Source: a bacterium (GTDB lineage: Bacteria > SM23-31). Taken from it: 64,000 nt of DNA. Both the position numbers and the translations under genes were made by a program. The notes under the pieces were generated by a model. It did not search any database and was not told the DNA's origin. It saw nothing but the letters and a program-made list of their open reading frames with translations. Of this stretch, positions 40,877-50,964 are shown one piece after another (the stretch's first letter is position 1; every line of letters begins with the position of its first letter). The DNA lies in assembly GCA_965249485.1 (NCBI GenBank), contig OZ252239.1:2688001-2752000 (forward strand), given 5' to 3'.

Positions 40877-42223
40877 CTATTCATTCCGAGGTTCTAAAAG
40901 ATTATTAACAGGAACAAAGAGCTGCGGGTATAAATCCGTTTTTAATAGAAACATTTGCCCTTTTGTAACATTATAAAAGTATCTTTTATCGTTTTCCTCA
41001 TTACCAATTTGGATATGTTCAATTTCCTCGCCATTGCTGAACATTACATAATCAGCAACAGGAGGAGAAAGACCATATCTTGATTTATTTGCAGCTGGAT
41101 TATCTATAAATCCAATTGCTTTATTAACATAAAACTCATTTAATATATTTTCAAACCGTATTTTATTAGCTCTGCCTCGATCGGGATCAGTCATATACCA
41201 ATTTTCTGTTGAATCCTCTTTAGTAAATATAAATGTAGAATCGATTTTGGTAATATGTACCTCATCCACAATACTCGTATTATAATCAACAATATCTTTA
41301 TCTCTTAGATTAAATAGCCGAGGAGTCAAATAATGTACTGTACTTGAATCAAGTTCTATGACTGGATCTTTCAGGTCAGTTGTCGCATAATAGTTTCCGT
41401 CAATCGGATTACCAAAATATAGAACTCGTGATGAATCACCAGAGGACATCTCTAGCCAGAAATTCGGTTTGTCAAGACCGTATTTACTCAGAGATTGAGG
41501 TGAATCCTCAGTAAAATTCTTGATTTTTTGAAGACTGATCTTGTTAAATGTTTCAATAACACGGGTATTATCAGCATCATAATCGAGCGGTTCTACAATA
41601 TTCCAATCGTTTTTTTCGTCTTTTTTGAGGACTATTCTTTCATTGTTTCTTTGAAACACCAGCTCGATGACATCGTCCCTATCAATGTCAACGATATCTT
41701 TGTTGCGATAATAGAAAAGTTCTTCATTGAGTCGGTTTCTCAGCGACTGGAGAGTAAGATAGACATTGTCATCGCCTGAAATACGGGCATATGCTTTTTC
41801 ACTAATAGCATTTTCATTTCCGACAAAAATTGAATATGTACTGTCATTTTTAAGCGTAATTGTTAGCTGAGAAGCAGCATGGTCAAGATTGTATTTTGCA
41901 TGATCATCCCGAATATCAGATACATGCGTTTCCTTGTCAGAGCGTTTGAAACTGTCAAGCAGGTTGCGCAAATTTGATGCATCCGCTCTGTATTCCACAG
42001 GCTTAATCATGAACCAGACGTCGCCACGTTTTTCAAAATACATAGCAGCATCAGAGCGGTCAATATTCACCTTCACAACATCATCAACTTCAAACACAAT
42101 AAAACGGTTTTTTTCTTCCTCAGCCAGCATCCTCCCTTCTTCACCAAGAATTTCATAGAAGTAGACATATGCTCCTAATGCAAGAAAAGCCAGGCCGATA
42201 AAATACGTGCTCTTAAATTTCAT
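40877..42223 (-). CDS. DUF4340 domain protein
   Basis: N-terminal anchor; repeated W...P...AD / KYGL..P modules; follows the GldG-like gene. Confidence 0.8.
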   Translation of the reverse strand: MKFKSTYFIGLAFLALGAYVYFYEILGEEGRMLAEEEKNRFIVFEVDDVVKVNIDRSDAAMYFEKRGDVWFMIKPVEYRADASNLRNLLDSFKRSDKETHVSDIRDDHAKYNLDHAASQLTITLKNDSTYSIFVGNENAISEKAYARISGDDNVYLTLQSLRNRLNEELFYYRNKDIVDIDRDDVIELVFQRNNERIVLKKDEKNDWNIVEPLDYDADNTRVIETFNKISLQKIKNFTEDSPQSLSKYGLDKPNFWLEMSSGDSSRVLYFGNPIDGNYYATTDLKDPVIELDSSTVHYLTPRLFNLRDKDIVDYNTSIVDEVHITKIDSTFIFTKEDSTENWYMTDPDRGRANKIRFENILNEFYVNKAIGFIDNPAANKSRYGLSPPVADYVMFSNGEEIEHIQIGNEENDKRYFYNVTKGQMFLLKTDLYPQLFVPVNNLLEPRNE

Positions 42224-42252
42224 ATTAAATATTAAAAATCAACACTTCTTAT

Positions 42253-43818
42253 TTACAGTTTTCTTCGTCGAAAGTATACACTTAATCCTGCAAGTAACAC
42301 CAGTCCGGGAATGATAAATACGGTGAGTGCCAGCGAAAATTTCGCTTGCTGAGCAGTCATATTAACCCGCCTGTCTTCAGGATTTTTCGGAGGGATTGCA
42401 ACGAGATCTTCTTCCTCTGCCAACCAATTCACTGTATTGAGAAAAAGAATGCTGTTTGGCGTTTGTATATAGTTATTTGTTGCAAAATCTGAATCACCAA
42501 ACACAACAAGCACACCTCTGTCGCCTGTCAAACCAGGCCCAGGCGCTGAGCCAAGCGATTTCGTTGCAACAGAAGCTATGATGACGGGACCCTCAAGGTC
42601 GACACCATCATCAAACGATACTGCTATACCTTCATCTGGATTTTCTGTGTTCCATTGAAAATTAGATTCTCCCCAACTTTGCGGTGTTGTCTGAGCCAGC
42701 CAATCGACTGTTACGCCTGCTGGGATATTTTCCGATTTCGGCGTTACTGAACGAACAAGTTCAAAAAAAGTATTCATATTAAAATTGGCGGCAATCGGAT
42801 GCGAAGTATTGTAATTTGTCACCAAAGGTACCGAAGCCGGATATCCGAACATCTGTCCGACTCCAGAATAATCAATGATAAGATCACTCCCAACTGTAAT
42901 ACCCCAATTATCAAAAAAATCTTCCATACCCGGATCAGGAGGAGGATCAAGCAAAAACAATACTTTTCCACCATGGTTAATATAAGAATCGATGGAATCA
43001 AGTTCAGCACTAAACAAGTTTGTCTTTGGTCCATTGACTATGAGAACCGAACAGTCAACAGGGATAGACTTCTCCCTTGCAAGATTGAGCCCTTCCACTT
43101 GATAATTCAGTTCGACAATTTTTTCCTTCAAACTGCCAAATCCTTTTTCTTCAAGGCTTTCAATATCGTGTTCCCCATGTCCGGTCATAAAATAAATAAC
43201 CTTACTTCCTTCACGAGTAACCTTAATAAGGGCATTGGTCAGTGTTTGTTCGCTTAAATTCTCAACCCTTTCGGATTTTCCATCAGTTTCTAAAATTAAC
43301 ATTCCATATGTCTGAATCCCATAATTGCTGGCAACTTCAGGACTTTTGTCAGGATCAAAAAATGCAAACTCGAGTTTACCGCTATAATATTGGTATTCGG
43401 AGATTAAATCTTCGACATTTGCTTTATTAGTGGAACGAAAAAACGCTGTAATCTTGATATTGTTTTCAAGGTTCTGAAGCACCTTAATTGTCTGATCAGC
43501 AAGCGTAAATTGCTTGTTTTCTGTTAAATCGACTCTAAGACTATGCTTATTTGACACATAGTTAAGCAACCCAATTATACCGACCATAAAAAGCGATACC
43601 ACAAGCGCATTTCCTATATATTGAGTAGCTCTGCGTTGGAAGAAATTTTTAATTAATTCAAAATTATTAACAGCATTGAAAAGAGTCAACACCAAGCCGG
43701 CCAATAAAACAATAATGGTAGTTGTACTGAAAAAACCATCTGCGTAATATTTAATTAAGCCAGATACCAAAAGAACAATGCCAGTAAATCCGGCAATTTT
43801 AAGGAATAATTTGTTCAT
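42253..43818 (-). CDS. GldG-like ABC transporter auxiliary component
   Basis: DLTENKQFTL, IYFMTGHGE, VVFGDSDF, NTVNWL; N- and C-terminal TM helices. Confidence 0.85.
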   Translation of the reverse strand: MNKLFLKIAGFTGIVLLVSGLIKYYADGFFSTTTIIVLLAGLVLTLFNAVNNFELIKNFFQRRATQYIGNALVVSLFMVGIIGLLNYVSNKHSLRVDLTENKQFTLADQTIKVLQNLENNIKITAFFRSTNKANVEDLISEYQYYSGKLEFAFFDPDKSPEVASNYGIQTYGMLILETDGKSERVENLSEQTLTNALIKVTREGSKVIYFMTGHGEHDIESLEEKGFGSLKEKIVELNYQVEGLNLAREKSIPVDCSVLIVNGPKTNLFSAELDSIDSYINHGGKVLFLLDPPPDPGMEDFFDNWGITVGSDLIIDYSGVGQMFGYPASVPLVTNYNTSHPIAANFNMNTFFELVRSVTPKSENIPAGVTVDWLAQTTPQSWGESNFQWNTENPDEGIAVSFDDGVDLEGPVIIASVATKSLGSAPGPGLTGDRGVLVVFGDSDFATNNYIQTPNSILFLNTVNWLAEEEDLVAIPPKNPEDRRVNMTAQQAKFSLALTVFIIPGLVLLAGLSVYFRRRKL

Positions 43819-43823
43819 ACGAA

Positions 43824-44609
43824 TCAAGACCTCCACTTCATAGATTCGAGGGAACGGTATGTTAGAAAAAGGCTTAAAGCTATAATACTCAAGAAATAAA
43901 ATATGTGTTTTGTATCAAAAACACCCTTGGTAAAGTCATCAAAGTGCACTGGTATAGCCACATAATTCAAAATTGCGCTGACAATTGGTTGACTAATAAA
44001 CTGAGCAGGCCAATTGATCACCCACAGAAGAATAAATACACTGAAACTCACTGCAACTGCAATAAGTTGGTTTTCCGTGAATGAGGAAATTAGTAATCCA
44101 ATCCCAACAAACACTGCACCCATCAGCAGGAGTCCAACATACCCAGTTATAATCGGATAAATTTCGGGATTTCCGTACCAGGAAAGAATTAAGAAGTAAA
44201 TTGATGTTGGCAGAAGCATTATTACGTATAATGAAAAACCTGCCAGAAACTTTCCTATCACCAGTTGCATCGTAGTAATAGGAGAAGTAATAAGCAGTTC
44301 AATTGTCATCATCTTTTTTTCTTCCGATAACAACCGCATTGTTATCATTGAAAGCATCAGTAGAATCAAAAAAGCAAAATTTCCAAAAAGCGGCCTGATT
44401 ACCATAGTATTGACATTGATTGGAGGAGGCGCCTGTCGATACATCTGTGCTTCCATCATCGTACGAACAGACACATCGAGAAAAAACGACAAGGATACAT
44501 AAAAAAAGAATCCTGTAACAACAAGAAAACCAGCAATCATTCCGTATGCAATTGGTGACACAAAATACGACCGAAATTCTTTTTGGAATAGAGCCCAGAT
44601 ATTAATCAC
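43824..44609 (-). CDS. GldF-like ABC-2 permease
   Basis: KEFRSYFVSPIAY, TMRLLSEEKK..TIELLITSP, SSFTENQ. Confidence 0.88.
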   Translation of the reverse strand: MINIWALFQKEFRSYFVSPIAYGMIAGFLVVTGFFFYVSLSFFLDVSVRTMMEAQMYRQAPPPINVNTMVIRPLFGNFAFLILLMLSMITMRLLSEEKKMMTIELLITSPITTMQLVIGKFLAGFSLYVIMLLPTSIYFLILSWYGNPEIYPIITGYVGLLLMGAVFVGIGLLISSFTENQLIAVAVSFSVFILLWVINWPAQFISQPIVSAILNYVAIPVHFDDFTKGVFDTKHIFYFLSIIALSLFLTYRSLESMKWRS

Positions 44610-45568
44610 TTTTTCTCCTCAATATTAGCAAATGCATTTCCAGAGGTATATTGCATGAATATTTCTTCAAGTGTCATGCTCAATGATCGAAGTTCGTACA
44701 AATCCCATTTATTATCAACAACAATGCGTGCAAGATCCTTCCTAACATCTTGCTGCACATCGCTCTCAACGACAAAGCTGTTGCGCCCATTATGTTCCTT
44801 TTGAACCACTTCAACACTCATAACTCCCTTGACATTCCGCAAAGCTTGGTCAACATCATCTACCGGGCCCGCAACTTCAATTTGCAATTTCTCTTTACCC
44901 TTAATATTCTGAGTAAGGTCTTCTTCTGTGCCCTGTGCAACGATCCTGCCCTCGTTGATAATTACAATCCGATCGCAAACCAATTTTACTTCGGGAAGAA
45001 TATGAGTACTCAAAATAATTGTGTGATCACCTGCAAGGGCTTGAATTAATTCACGAAATTCTATGATTTGTTTCGGATCAAGACCGGATGTAGGTTCATC
45101 AAGAATCAAAATCGGCGGATTGTGTACAAGTGCCTGCGCCAATCCAACACGCTGACGGTATCCCTTTGATAATTTGCCGCATATTCTTTGACGAACATGA
45201 GTAATGTTTACCCGCTCCATGGCTTGCTCTATACTCTTTTTGACTTCCCGGCCAGGTACGCCTTTAATTCGTGCTACGAACTCCAAATACGACTGAACCG
45301 TCATCTCAGGATATATCGGAGGATTTTCAGGCATGTACCCAATATTGCGACGCACATCCAAAGACTGTTCAATAACGTCATAACCTGCAACCGTAACCGA
45401 CCCCTCATTGGGAAGAAGATAGCATGTTATAATCCGCATTGTAGTTGTTTTACCCGCAGCATTCGGTCCGAGAAATCCAAGTATTTCTCCTTTATTCACT
45501 TCGAAAGAAACATTATGGAGGATTTGCTTGTCACTAAATTGTTTGGAGACGTTCTCGACACTAATCAT
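44606..45568 (-). CDS. GldA-like ABC transporter ATP-binding protein
   Basis: GPNAAGKTT, LSKGYRQRVGLAQA, ILDEPTSGLDP. Confidence 0.92.
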   Translation of the reverse strand: MISVENVSKQFSDKQILHNVSFEVNKGEILGFLGPNAAGKTTTMRIITCYLLPNEGSVTVAGYDVIEQSLDVRRNIGYMPENPPIYPEMTVQSYLEFVARIKGVPGREVKKSIEQAMERVNITHVRQRICGKLSKGYRQRVGLAQALVHNPPILILDEPTSGLDPKQIIEFRELIQALAGDHTIILSTHILPEVKLVCDRIVIINEGRIVAQGTEEDLTQNIKGKEKLQIEVAGPVDDVDQALRNVKGVMSVEVVQKEHNGRNSFVVESDVQQDVRKDLARIVVDNKWDLYELRSLSMTLEEIFMQYTSGNAFANIEEKK

Positions 45569-45588
45569 TGTTGCTTAAAACTCCGGAT

Positions 45589-45855
45589 TTATCTGATATT
45601 GAGCTCTGATTTTATTGTACGAAAACGTTCAGTATCTGTTTTCATCAGATAATTTAACAACCGTTTTCTCTTACCGACCATTTGCAACAAACCTCTTCTG
45701 GAGTGATTATCTTTAGGATGAGTTTTAAAGTGTTGAATTAAATGGTTAATCCTATGGGATAAAATTGCAACCTGTACTTCAGTAGAACCGGAATCATTAT
45801 CCGATTTGCCAAAATTCTTTATGATTTCCGGCACCTGTTCTTTCATGTATTCCAT
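45589..45855 (-). CDS. rpsO: 30S ribosomal protein S15
   Basis: DSGSTEVQVAIL, HPKDNHSRRGLLQMVGKRKRLLNYL. Confidence 0.97.
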   Translation of the reverse strand: MEYMKEQVPEIIKNFGKSDNDSGSTEVQVAILSHRINHLIQHFKTHPKDNHSRRGLLQMVGKRKRLLNYLMKTDTERFRTIKSELNIR

Positions 45856-45907
45856 ATAATTTCCTCTACACTAAACCTTGAAATAGTTAAACATATTATA
45901 GCTATTA

Positions 45908-46855
45908 TTATACAATACTTTCGTGAATATACGAACGTGCAATGTCAACATCCTTTTGAATTTGTTGTTTCAACAACTCAGGAGAGTCAAATTTCTTTTC
46001 ATTTCTTATTTTTTTTAAAAATTCTACAGAAATCTGTGCATTGTAAATATCTTCGTCGAAATCAAGAATATGAACTTCTAGTTTAGTTGATTTTCCATTA
46101 AATGTCGGACCTAGTCCAACATTCATTGCTCCTTGAAATTTCTTACCGTTTAAATCGACGGATACCACATAGACACCGTGCGGGGGAAGACACTTTTTTT
46201 CATCATCAATTTTTATATTTGCCGTTGGATAATTCAGTTTACGCCCAACACCATCACCTTGAATAACCGTTCCGGATATCGAATATGATCTCCCCAAACT
46301 GCCACGAGCAGACTCCATTTTCCCATCCAAAATAAACTTGCGAATCTGAGTACTGGCAATTATACCTGATTGATTCGAAATGGATTCCTGAACTATAAAA
46401 TCAAAATTCAGTTTCTCACTTTCACTTTTCAGAAAATCCCTATCTCCCGCTCTATCTTTTCCAAAGCCGTGATCAAAACCTATGATAAGCGTTTGAAAGC
46501 CAATAGTCTGAAAGAGAATTTGTTCGATAAATTCATCGGGCAGTATCTTAGAAAACGCTTCTGTAAATGGAATAATGATAAGACGATCGACATCATGCTG
46601 CTCAATGAGGTTTACTTTTTCATCAACAGTGGTGAGAAGCCCTATCGGTGCGTTTGCTTTTTTGCGCACTACGTAGCGCGGATGCGGCTCAAAGGTTACT
46701 ACTGTTGATGGCGCGCTCTTTTCTTTTGCAACGGTAACAACTTTATCGATGATCGTTTGATGCGCTCTATGAATCCCATCAAACGTCCCTATCGTTATAA
46801 CACTATCTGATTGACGTTGACAGTCTTCTAAACTTCTGATAACTTCCATAATCAA
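45908..46855 (-). CDS. ribF: Bifunctional riboflavin kinase/FAD synthetase
   Basis: IGTFDGIHRAH, TFEPHP, GFDHGFG, YPTANI, EVHILDF. Confidence 0.96.
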   Translation of the reverse strand: MIMEVIRSLEDCQRQSDSVITIGTFDGIHRAHQTIIDKVVTVAKEKSAPSTVVTFEPHPRYVVRKKANAPIGLLTTVDEKVNLIEQHDVDRLIIIPFTEAFSKILPDEFIEQILFQTIGFQTLIIGFDHGFGKDRAGDRDFLKSESEKLNFDFIVQESISNQSGIIASTQIRKFILDGKMESARGSLGRSYSISGTVIQGDGVGRKLNYPTANIKIDDEKKCLPPHGVYVVSVDLNGKKFQGAMNVGLGPTFNGKSTKLEVHILDFDEDIYNAQISVEFLKKIRNEKKFDSPELLKQQIQKDVDIARSYIHESIV

Positions 46856-47523
46856 TTTTGCACTATTTTCGCCACATGATCCGGCAACTGATTCCAGGTA
46901 ACTGCGTCATCAATAATGTAAGATCCCACTTTAGTTCTCGTCAATCCACACAAAACACCACCACAGCCAAGTTTTTTACCAAGATCATGAGCGATACTTC
47001 TTATATATGTCCCCTTGGAACAAGAAATCTTAACAATTGCCACACCGTTCTTATACGATTCCAGAACTATATCGTGCACATGAACAGTTCGCGGTTCCGG
47101 TGTAACAGGCTCCCCTCTTCTCGCATAAACATAATAAGGTCGGCCTTTATATTTCAGAGCAGAATATACTGGGGGCACCTGCACAATCTCACCTCGGAAA
47201 TCCTGTAATGCAGTTAGGATGACAGCGCTGTCAATTTTCTGTAGCGGGTATTCTGCAATTACTTTACCCGCACTGTCATATGAATCTGTCTCGTATCCGA
47301 ACTGAATAGTTCCGATATATTCTTTACTAAGCCCCATTAATGATTCAACTTGTTTCGTTGCACGCCCAATAACAACAATCAGTACTCCGGAAGCTGAAGG
47401 GTCAAGAGTACCTGCATGACCGACTTTACGGATTTTGCTCAATTTTCTGACATAGGAAACAACAGCAAAAGAGCTTTTCCCAACAGGCTTATCAACATTA
47501 ACTACACACCCGAAATCACTCAT
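46852..47523 (-). CDS. truB: tRNA pseudouridine(55) synthase
   Basis: KVGHAGTLDP, QVPPVYSALK, CSKGTYIRS. Confidence 0.96.
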   Translation of the reverse strand: MSDFGCVVNVDKPVGKSSFAVVSYVRKLSKIRKVGHAGTLDPSASGVLIVVIGRATKQVESLMGLSKEYIGTIQFGYETDSYDSAGKVIAEYPLQKIDSAVILTALQDFRGEIVQVPPVYSALKYKGRPYYVYARRGEPVTPEPRTVHVHDIVLESYKNGVAIVKISCSKGTYIRSIAHDLGKKLGCGGVLCGLTRTKVGSYIIDDAVTWNQLPDHVAKIVQN

Positions 47524-47894
47524 TCCTCTTTATGCTCGCTGTCGTCAGGTTCAGTATTTATTTGTGACAAGAGATCGTTGATCCGAAACGCATTATCAAG
47601 CGAAGTGTCCACTTCAATCGATAACATCGGATTATAGCGCAGATTTATTCCCTTGCCCAATTTCCTTCGGATATTTTTCAATTCCTTTTTCAGAATATGA
47701 AGCGATTTTCGTTTTGCAGGTTCAGGCCCATAAAAACTGACAAATATTTTTGCGTATTTTGCATCATCTGACAACTCTGCCCGCATTATAGTCGCCATAC
47801 CGGGCAGCATTCCTGATACATCTCTTTGTATAATTAAACTGAGATTTGTTTTAATAAGCTCTTCTAATCGCAACTTCCTCTTGAAATCCATCAT
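47520..47894 (-). CDS. rbfA: Ribosome-binding factor A
   Basis: LSDDAKYAKIFVS, LRYNP...DTSL; position between infB and truB. Confidence 0.9.
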   Translation of the reverse strand: MMDFKRKLRLEELIKTNLSLIIQRDVSGMLPGMATIMRAELSDDAKYAKIFVSFYGPEPAKRKSLHILKKELKNIRRKLGKGINLRYNPMLSIEVDTSLDNAFRINDLLSQINTEPDDSEHKEE

Positions 47895-48175
47895 TACACC
47901 AAGCGCATATTCCAGAGCGTGATATTCACCCTTATCTCACGCTCAATAAACATCTCAAGCTTTGCAGAAATCGAATCTAGTTGTGCCTGATCTGTTGTAA
48001 CAACACCAACACCTAAACCAGCACGTTGCCATTTGTCGTGATAATTGACTTCGGATATAGATACATTAAACGAATTTCTGATTTTCTGAATCAAACTTTT
48101 AAGAATTGATCGTTTTTCCTTTAGTGAACGAACCTGGGGCAAATATAGCTCAAGAGAAATAATTCCGACAACCAT
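47894..48175 (-). CDS. DUF503 (YlxP-like) protein
   Basis: SLKEKRS...FNVSISEV...DKWQRA. Confidence 0.9.
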   Translation of the reverse strand: MVVGIISLELYLPQVRSLKEKRSILKSLIQKIRNSFNVSISEVNYHDKWQRAGLGVGVVTTDQAQLDSISAKLEMFIEREIRVNITLWNMRLV

Positions 48176-48187
48176 AGAAAAATTTGT

Positions 48188-50959
48188 TTACTGTAAAACC
48201 CTTTTCACTTCAACATTTTTATACGATTCTAAAAAATCACCAACTTTGATATCATTAAAATTTTCGAGCCCTATTCCACATTCAAATCCGCTCGCAACTT
48301 CTTTTACATCATCCTTAAATCTACGCAGGGAGTCTATTGTGCCATCATAAATTTCTATATCATCACGAACAAGTCGGATTTTACTATTTCTCAACACCTT
48401 ACCCGATACAACATAACAGCCCGCTATCACACCTGCTTTTGGTACGCGGAATGTATCTCTTACTTCTATTGTGGATTCTATTTCTTCTTTAATATGAGGC
48501 TCAAGCATACCCTCAAGAGCAGCTCTTACATCTTCAATCAAATCGTATATCACATCATAAAGCTGAATATCAACTTTTTCGGCCGCAGCAAGAATCCTGG
48601 CTTTAAGATTGGGCCTGACATGAAAACCTATAATGATACCACCAGATGCGGTAGCAAGCAGAACATCAGCTTCATTTATTGCACCGATGCTTTTATGGAT
48701 AAATTTAACATCGACTTCATCGTTGCTCAATTTTAATAGTGAATCCTCAATTGCCTCTATTGATCCGTCTGTATCACCTTTTAAGACAATTTTCAGATCC
48801 TTAATCTTTCCAAGCTTCACTTGCTCAGATATATCATATAGACTTTTCACTTGAACTCTTCTAACGTCATGTTCACGCTTCAATTGCTGCCGTTTTAAAC
48901 TCAGTATTTTCGCTTCTTTATCGGAGTCCATTCCAGTCACAACATCACCAGCCTGAGGCATTCCGGAAAAACCAATGACCTGGATTGGAGTGGATGATGG
49001 TGCACTCTTAACTTTGACACCACGCTCATTAAACATAGCTTTTACTCTGCCATAGTGCTGGCCGCTCACAAAATAGTCTCCAACTTTTAGTGTTCCGTTT
49101 TTAACGAGAATCGCACACACTGTTCCCCTGCCTTTTTCAACTCTTGATTCAATGACAAATCCTCTTATCCTTCCATTCTGATTCGCTTTCAATTCGAGAA
49201 GTTCCGCCTGTAACAGAATAGTCTCCAGAAGTTCATCAATACCCTGCCCTGTTTTCGCAGAAACATCAACCGAAGGATATTTGCCACCCCAGCTCTCAAC
49301 AAGAACATTTTGTTCTGAAAGCTGCTGCTTAATCTGTTCAACATTGGCCTCAGGTTTATCAACCTTGTTGATAGCAACAATAATCGGCACTTCAGCAGCC
49401 TGGGCATGGTTCAACGCTTCCAGCGTCTGTGGCATAACATTGTCATCTGCCGCAACAATCAAAACTACAATATCGGTTACTTGCGCACCACGAGCACGCA
49501 TAGCGGTGAAGGCCTCGTGGCCGGGTGTATCAAGAAATGTAATGTTTTTCCCCTGAATCTCAACTTCATAAGCACCGATATGCTGAGTAATCCCCCCTTT
49601 TTCTCCAGCAACAACATTTGACTGCCTGATATAATCAAGAAGAGAAGTTTTTCCATGATCGACATGACCCATAATCGTCACAACAGGAGGACACTCTTCG
49701 AGATTTTCCTCATCGATCTCATCTTCCTCAAATCCAAACTCTTCATACTCACTGATCTCATTTACTTCAAAACCAAACTCATCAGAGACCGTTGTGATTG
49801 TGTCCATATCGAGTCGCTGATTAATAGATACAATTAAGCCGAGTTCGAGACACTTCTTTATAACCTCATTTGTTTCGACCTCCATCAATTTGGCAAGCTC
49901 AGCAACTGATAGATATTCAGTAACATCTATGATGCTCTCATCTTCAAATTCCTCGTCACTGTCTTGTGCTTTTTTCTTATACTTTTTAAGTTTCTGCGAC
50001 TCATCCATCTTTGCCATTGTTTCCTTGATGGAGGCATCTATTTCACGAGAATCTATCCTCTTTTTACGGACACGCTTCCGCTTTTTCCCTCTTTTATCAT
50101 CACTATCAGTTGCTTCCGAATCGGTCTTTAATGTTACATGCTTCTTTTCCTTTATTTTTTCAGCAAGACCAAGGCCTTTTTTTGACAACTTACGTGATTT
50201 TTTGGAATCGTCTACAACTACTTTCTTTTTCCTTCTAGGCTTTTCAACCGGCAATTCAATCGTATCAACTTGCTCACCAATTTTCGGAACATATTCTTTC
50301 TCAGGCTCAGGTTCTGTTTCATCTTCTGCTACGGGCGCTTCGGCAGAAATCTCCTTAACATCTTTTTCAGCAACTTGCTCCGATTCATCAGGCTTCACTT
50401 CTTGAACTTCTACATCAGAATCACTGACTTCTTCTTCAGTTATTTCTTTCACTACTCCTTCAATAACTTCAGGCAGAGGTTTTTTAATTGCCATCTTGAG
50501 TTCAACCGCATCCTTCTTTTCAGTTTTTGTCTTTTTCGTCGTCGCCTTTACTTCTTCCACAGAAGCAGCTTCATCCGCAACTTTACCATCGTCAGCAGCA
50601 GCTTTCAACTTATCCGCATCAGCCGACTTCTTCAAAGAGGCCAAAGCCTCAAGTATAGCTGGTTTTTTTGCTTCTTTTGGCTGTTTAACATCGGCGTCAA
50701 CAGTATCCACTGCCGCCTGTCCATCAACGCCTTCAGCATCACCCCGCATCTGAGCCCGTTTAATTCGCAATGACACTTTACGCTCGGCAATCGTCTTTTC
50801 AGCGCTGAAATGATCCATGATTTTTGAATACATTTCATCGTCAATCGGACTATTAACATTGCTCACCTTATAACCAGAGTCATGCAAATACTCGATCAGT
50901 GTATCTGACGCAATATTCAGCTCTTTCGCTAATTTGAATATGCGGATTTTACTTCCCAA
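48188..50959 (-). CDS. infB: Translation initiation factor IF-2 (TTG start)
   Basis: PPVVTIMGHVDHGKTSLLD, DTPGHEAF, NKVD, SLRRFKDDVKEV...ECG. Confidence 0.98.
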   Translation of the reverse strand: MGSKIRIFKLAKELNIASDTLIEYLHDSGYKVSNVNSPIDDEMYSKIMDHFSAEKTIAERKVSLRIKRAQMRGDAEGVDGQAAVDTVDADVKQPKEAKKPAILEALASLKKSADADKLKAAADDGKVADEAASVEEVKATTKKTKTEKKDAVELKMAIKKPLPEVIEGVVKEITEEEVSDSDVEVQEVKPDESEQVAEKDVKEISAEAPVAEDETEPEPEKEYVPKIGEQVDTIELPVEKPRRKKKVVVDDSKKSRKLSKKGLGLAEKIKEKKHVTLKTDSEATDSDDKRGKKRKRVRKKRIDSREIDASIKETMAKMDESQKLKKYKKKAQDSDEEFEDESIIDVTEYLSVAELAKLMEVETNEVIKKCLELGLIVSINQRLDMDTITTVSDEFGFEVNEISEYEEFGFEEDEIDEENLEECPPVVTIMGHVDHGKTSLLDYIRQSNVVAGEKGGITQHIGAYEVEIQGKNITFLDTPGHEAFTAMRARGAQVTDIVVLIVAADDNVMPQTLEALNHAQAAEVPIIVAINKVDKPEANVEQIKQQLSEQNVLVESWGGKYPSVDVSAKTGQGIDELLETILLQAELLELKANQNGRIRGFVIESRVEKGRGTVCAILVKNGTLKVGDYFVSGQHYGRVKAMFNERGVKVKSAPSSTPIQVIGFSGMPQAGDVVTGMDSDKEAKILSLKRQQLKREHDVRRVQVKSLYDISEQVKLGKIKDLKIVLKGDTDGSIEAIEDSLLKLSNDEVDVKFIHKSIGAINEADVLLATASGGIIIGFHVRPNLKARILAAAEKVDIQLYDVIYDLIEDVRAALEGMLEPHIKEEIESTIEVRDTFRVPKAGVIAGCYVVSGKVLRNSKIRLVRDDIEIYDGTIDSLRRFKDDVKEVASGFECGIGLENFNDIKVGDFLESYKNVEVKRVLQ

Positions 50960-50964
50960 AGCCT

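Noticed and set aside
49890..50773. Long plus-strand ORFs opposite infB, and similar antisense ORFs opposite ftsH, smc, exbB and others
   Set aside because: Shadow ORFs of well-supported minus-strand genes, with Ser/Phe-rich composition and no recognisable motifs.
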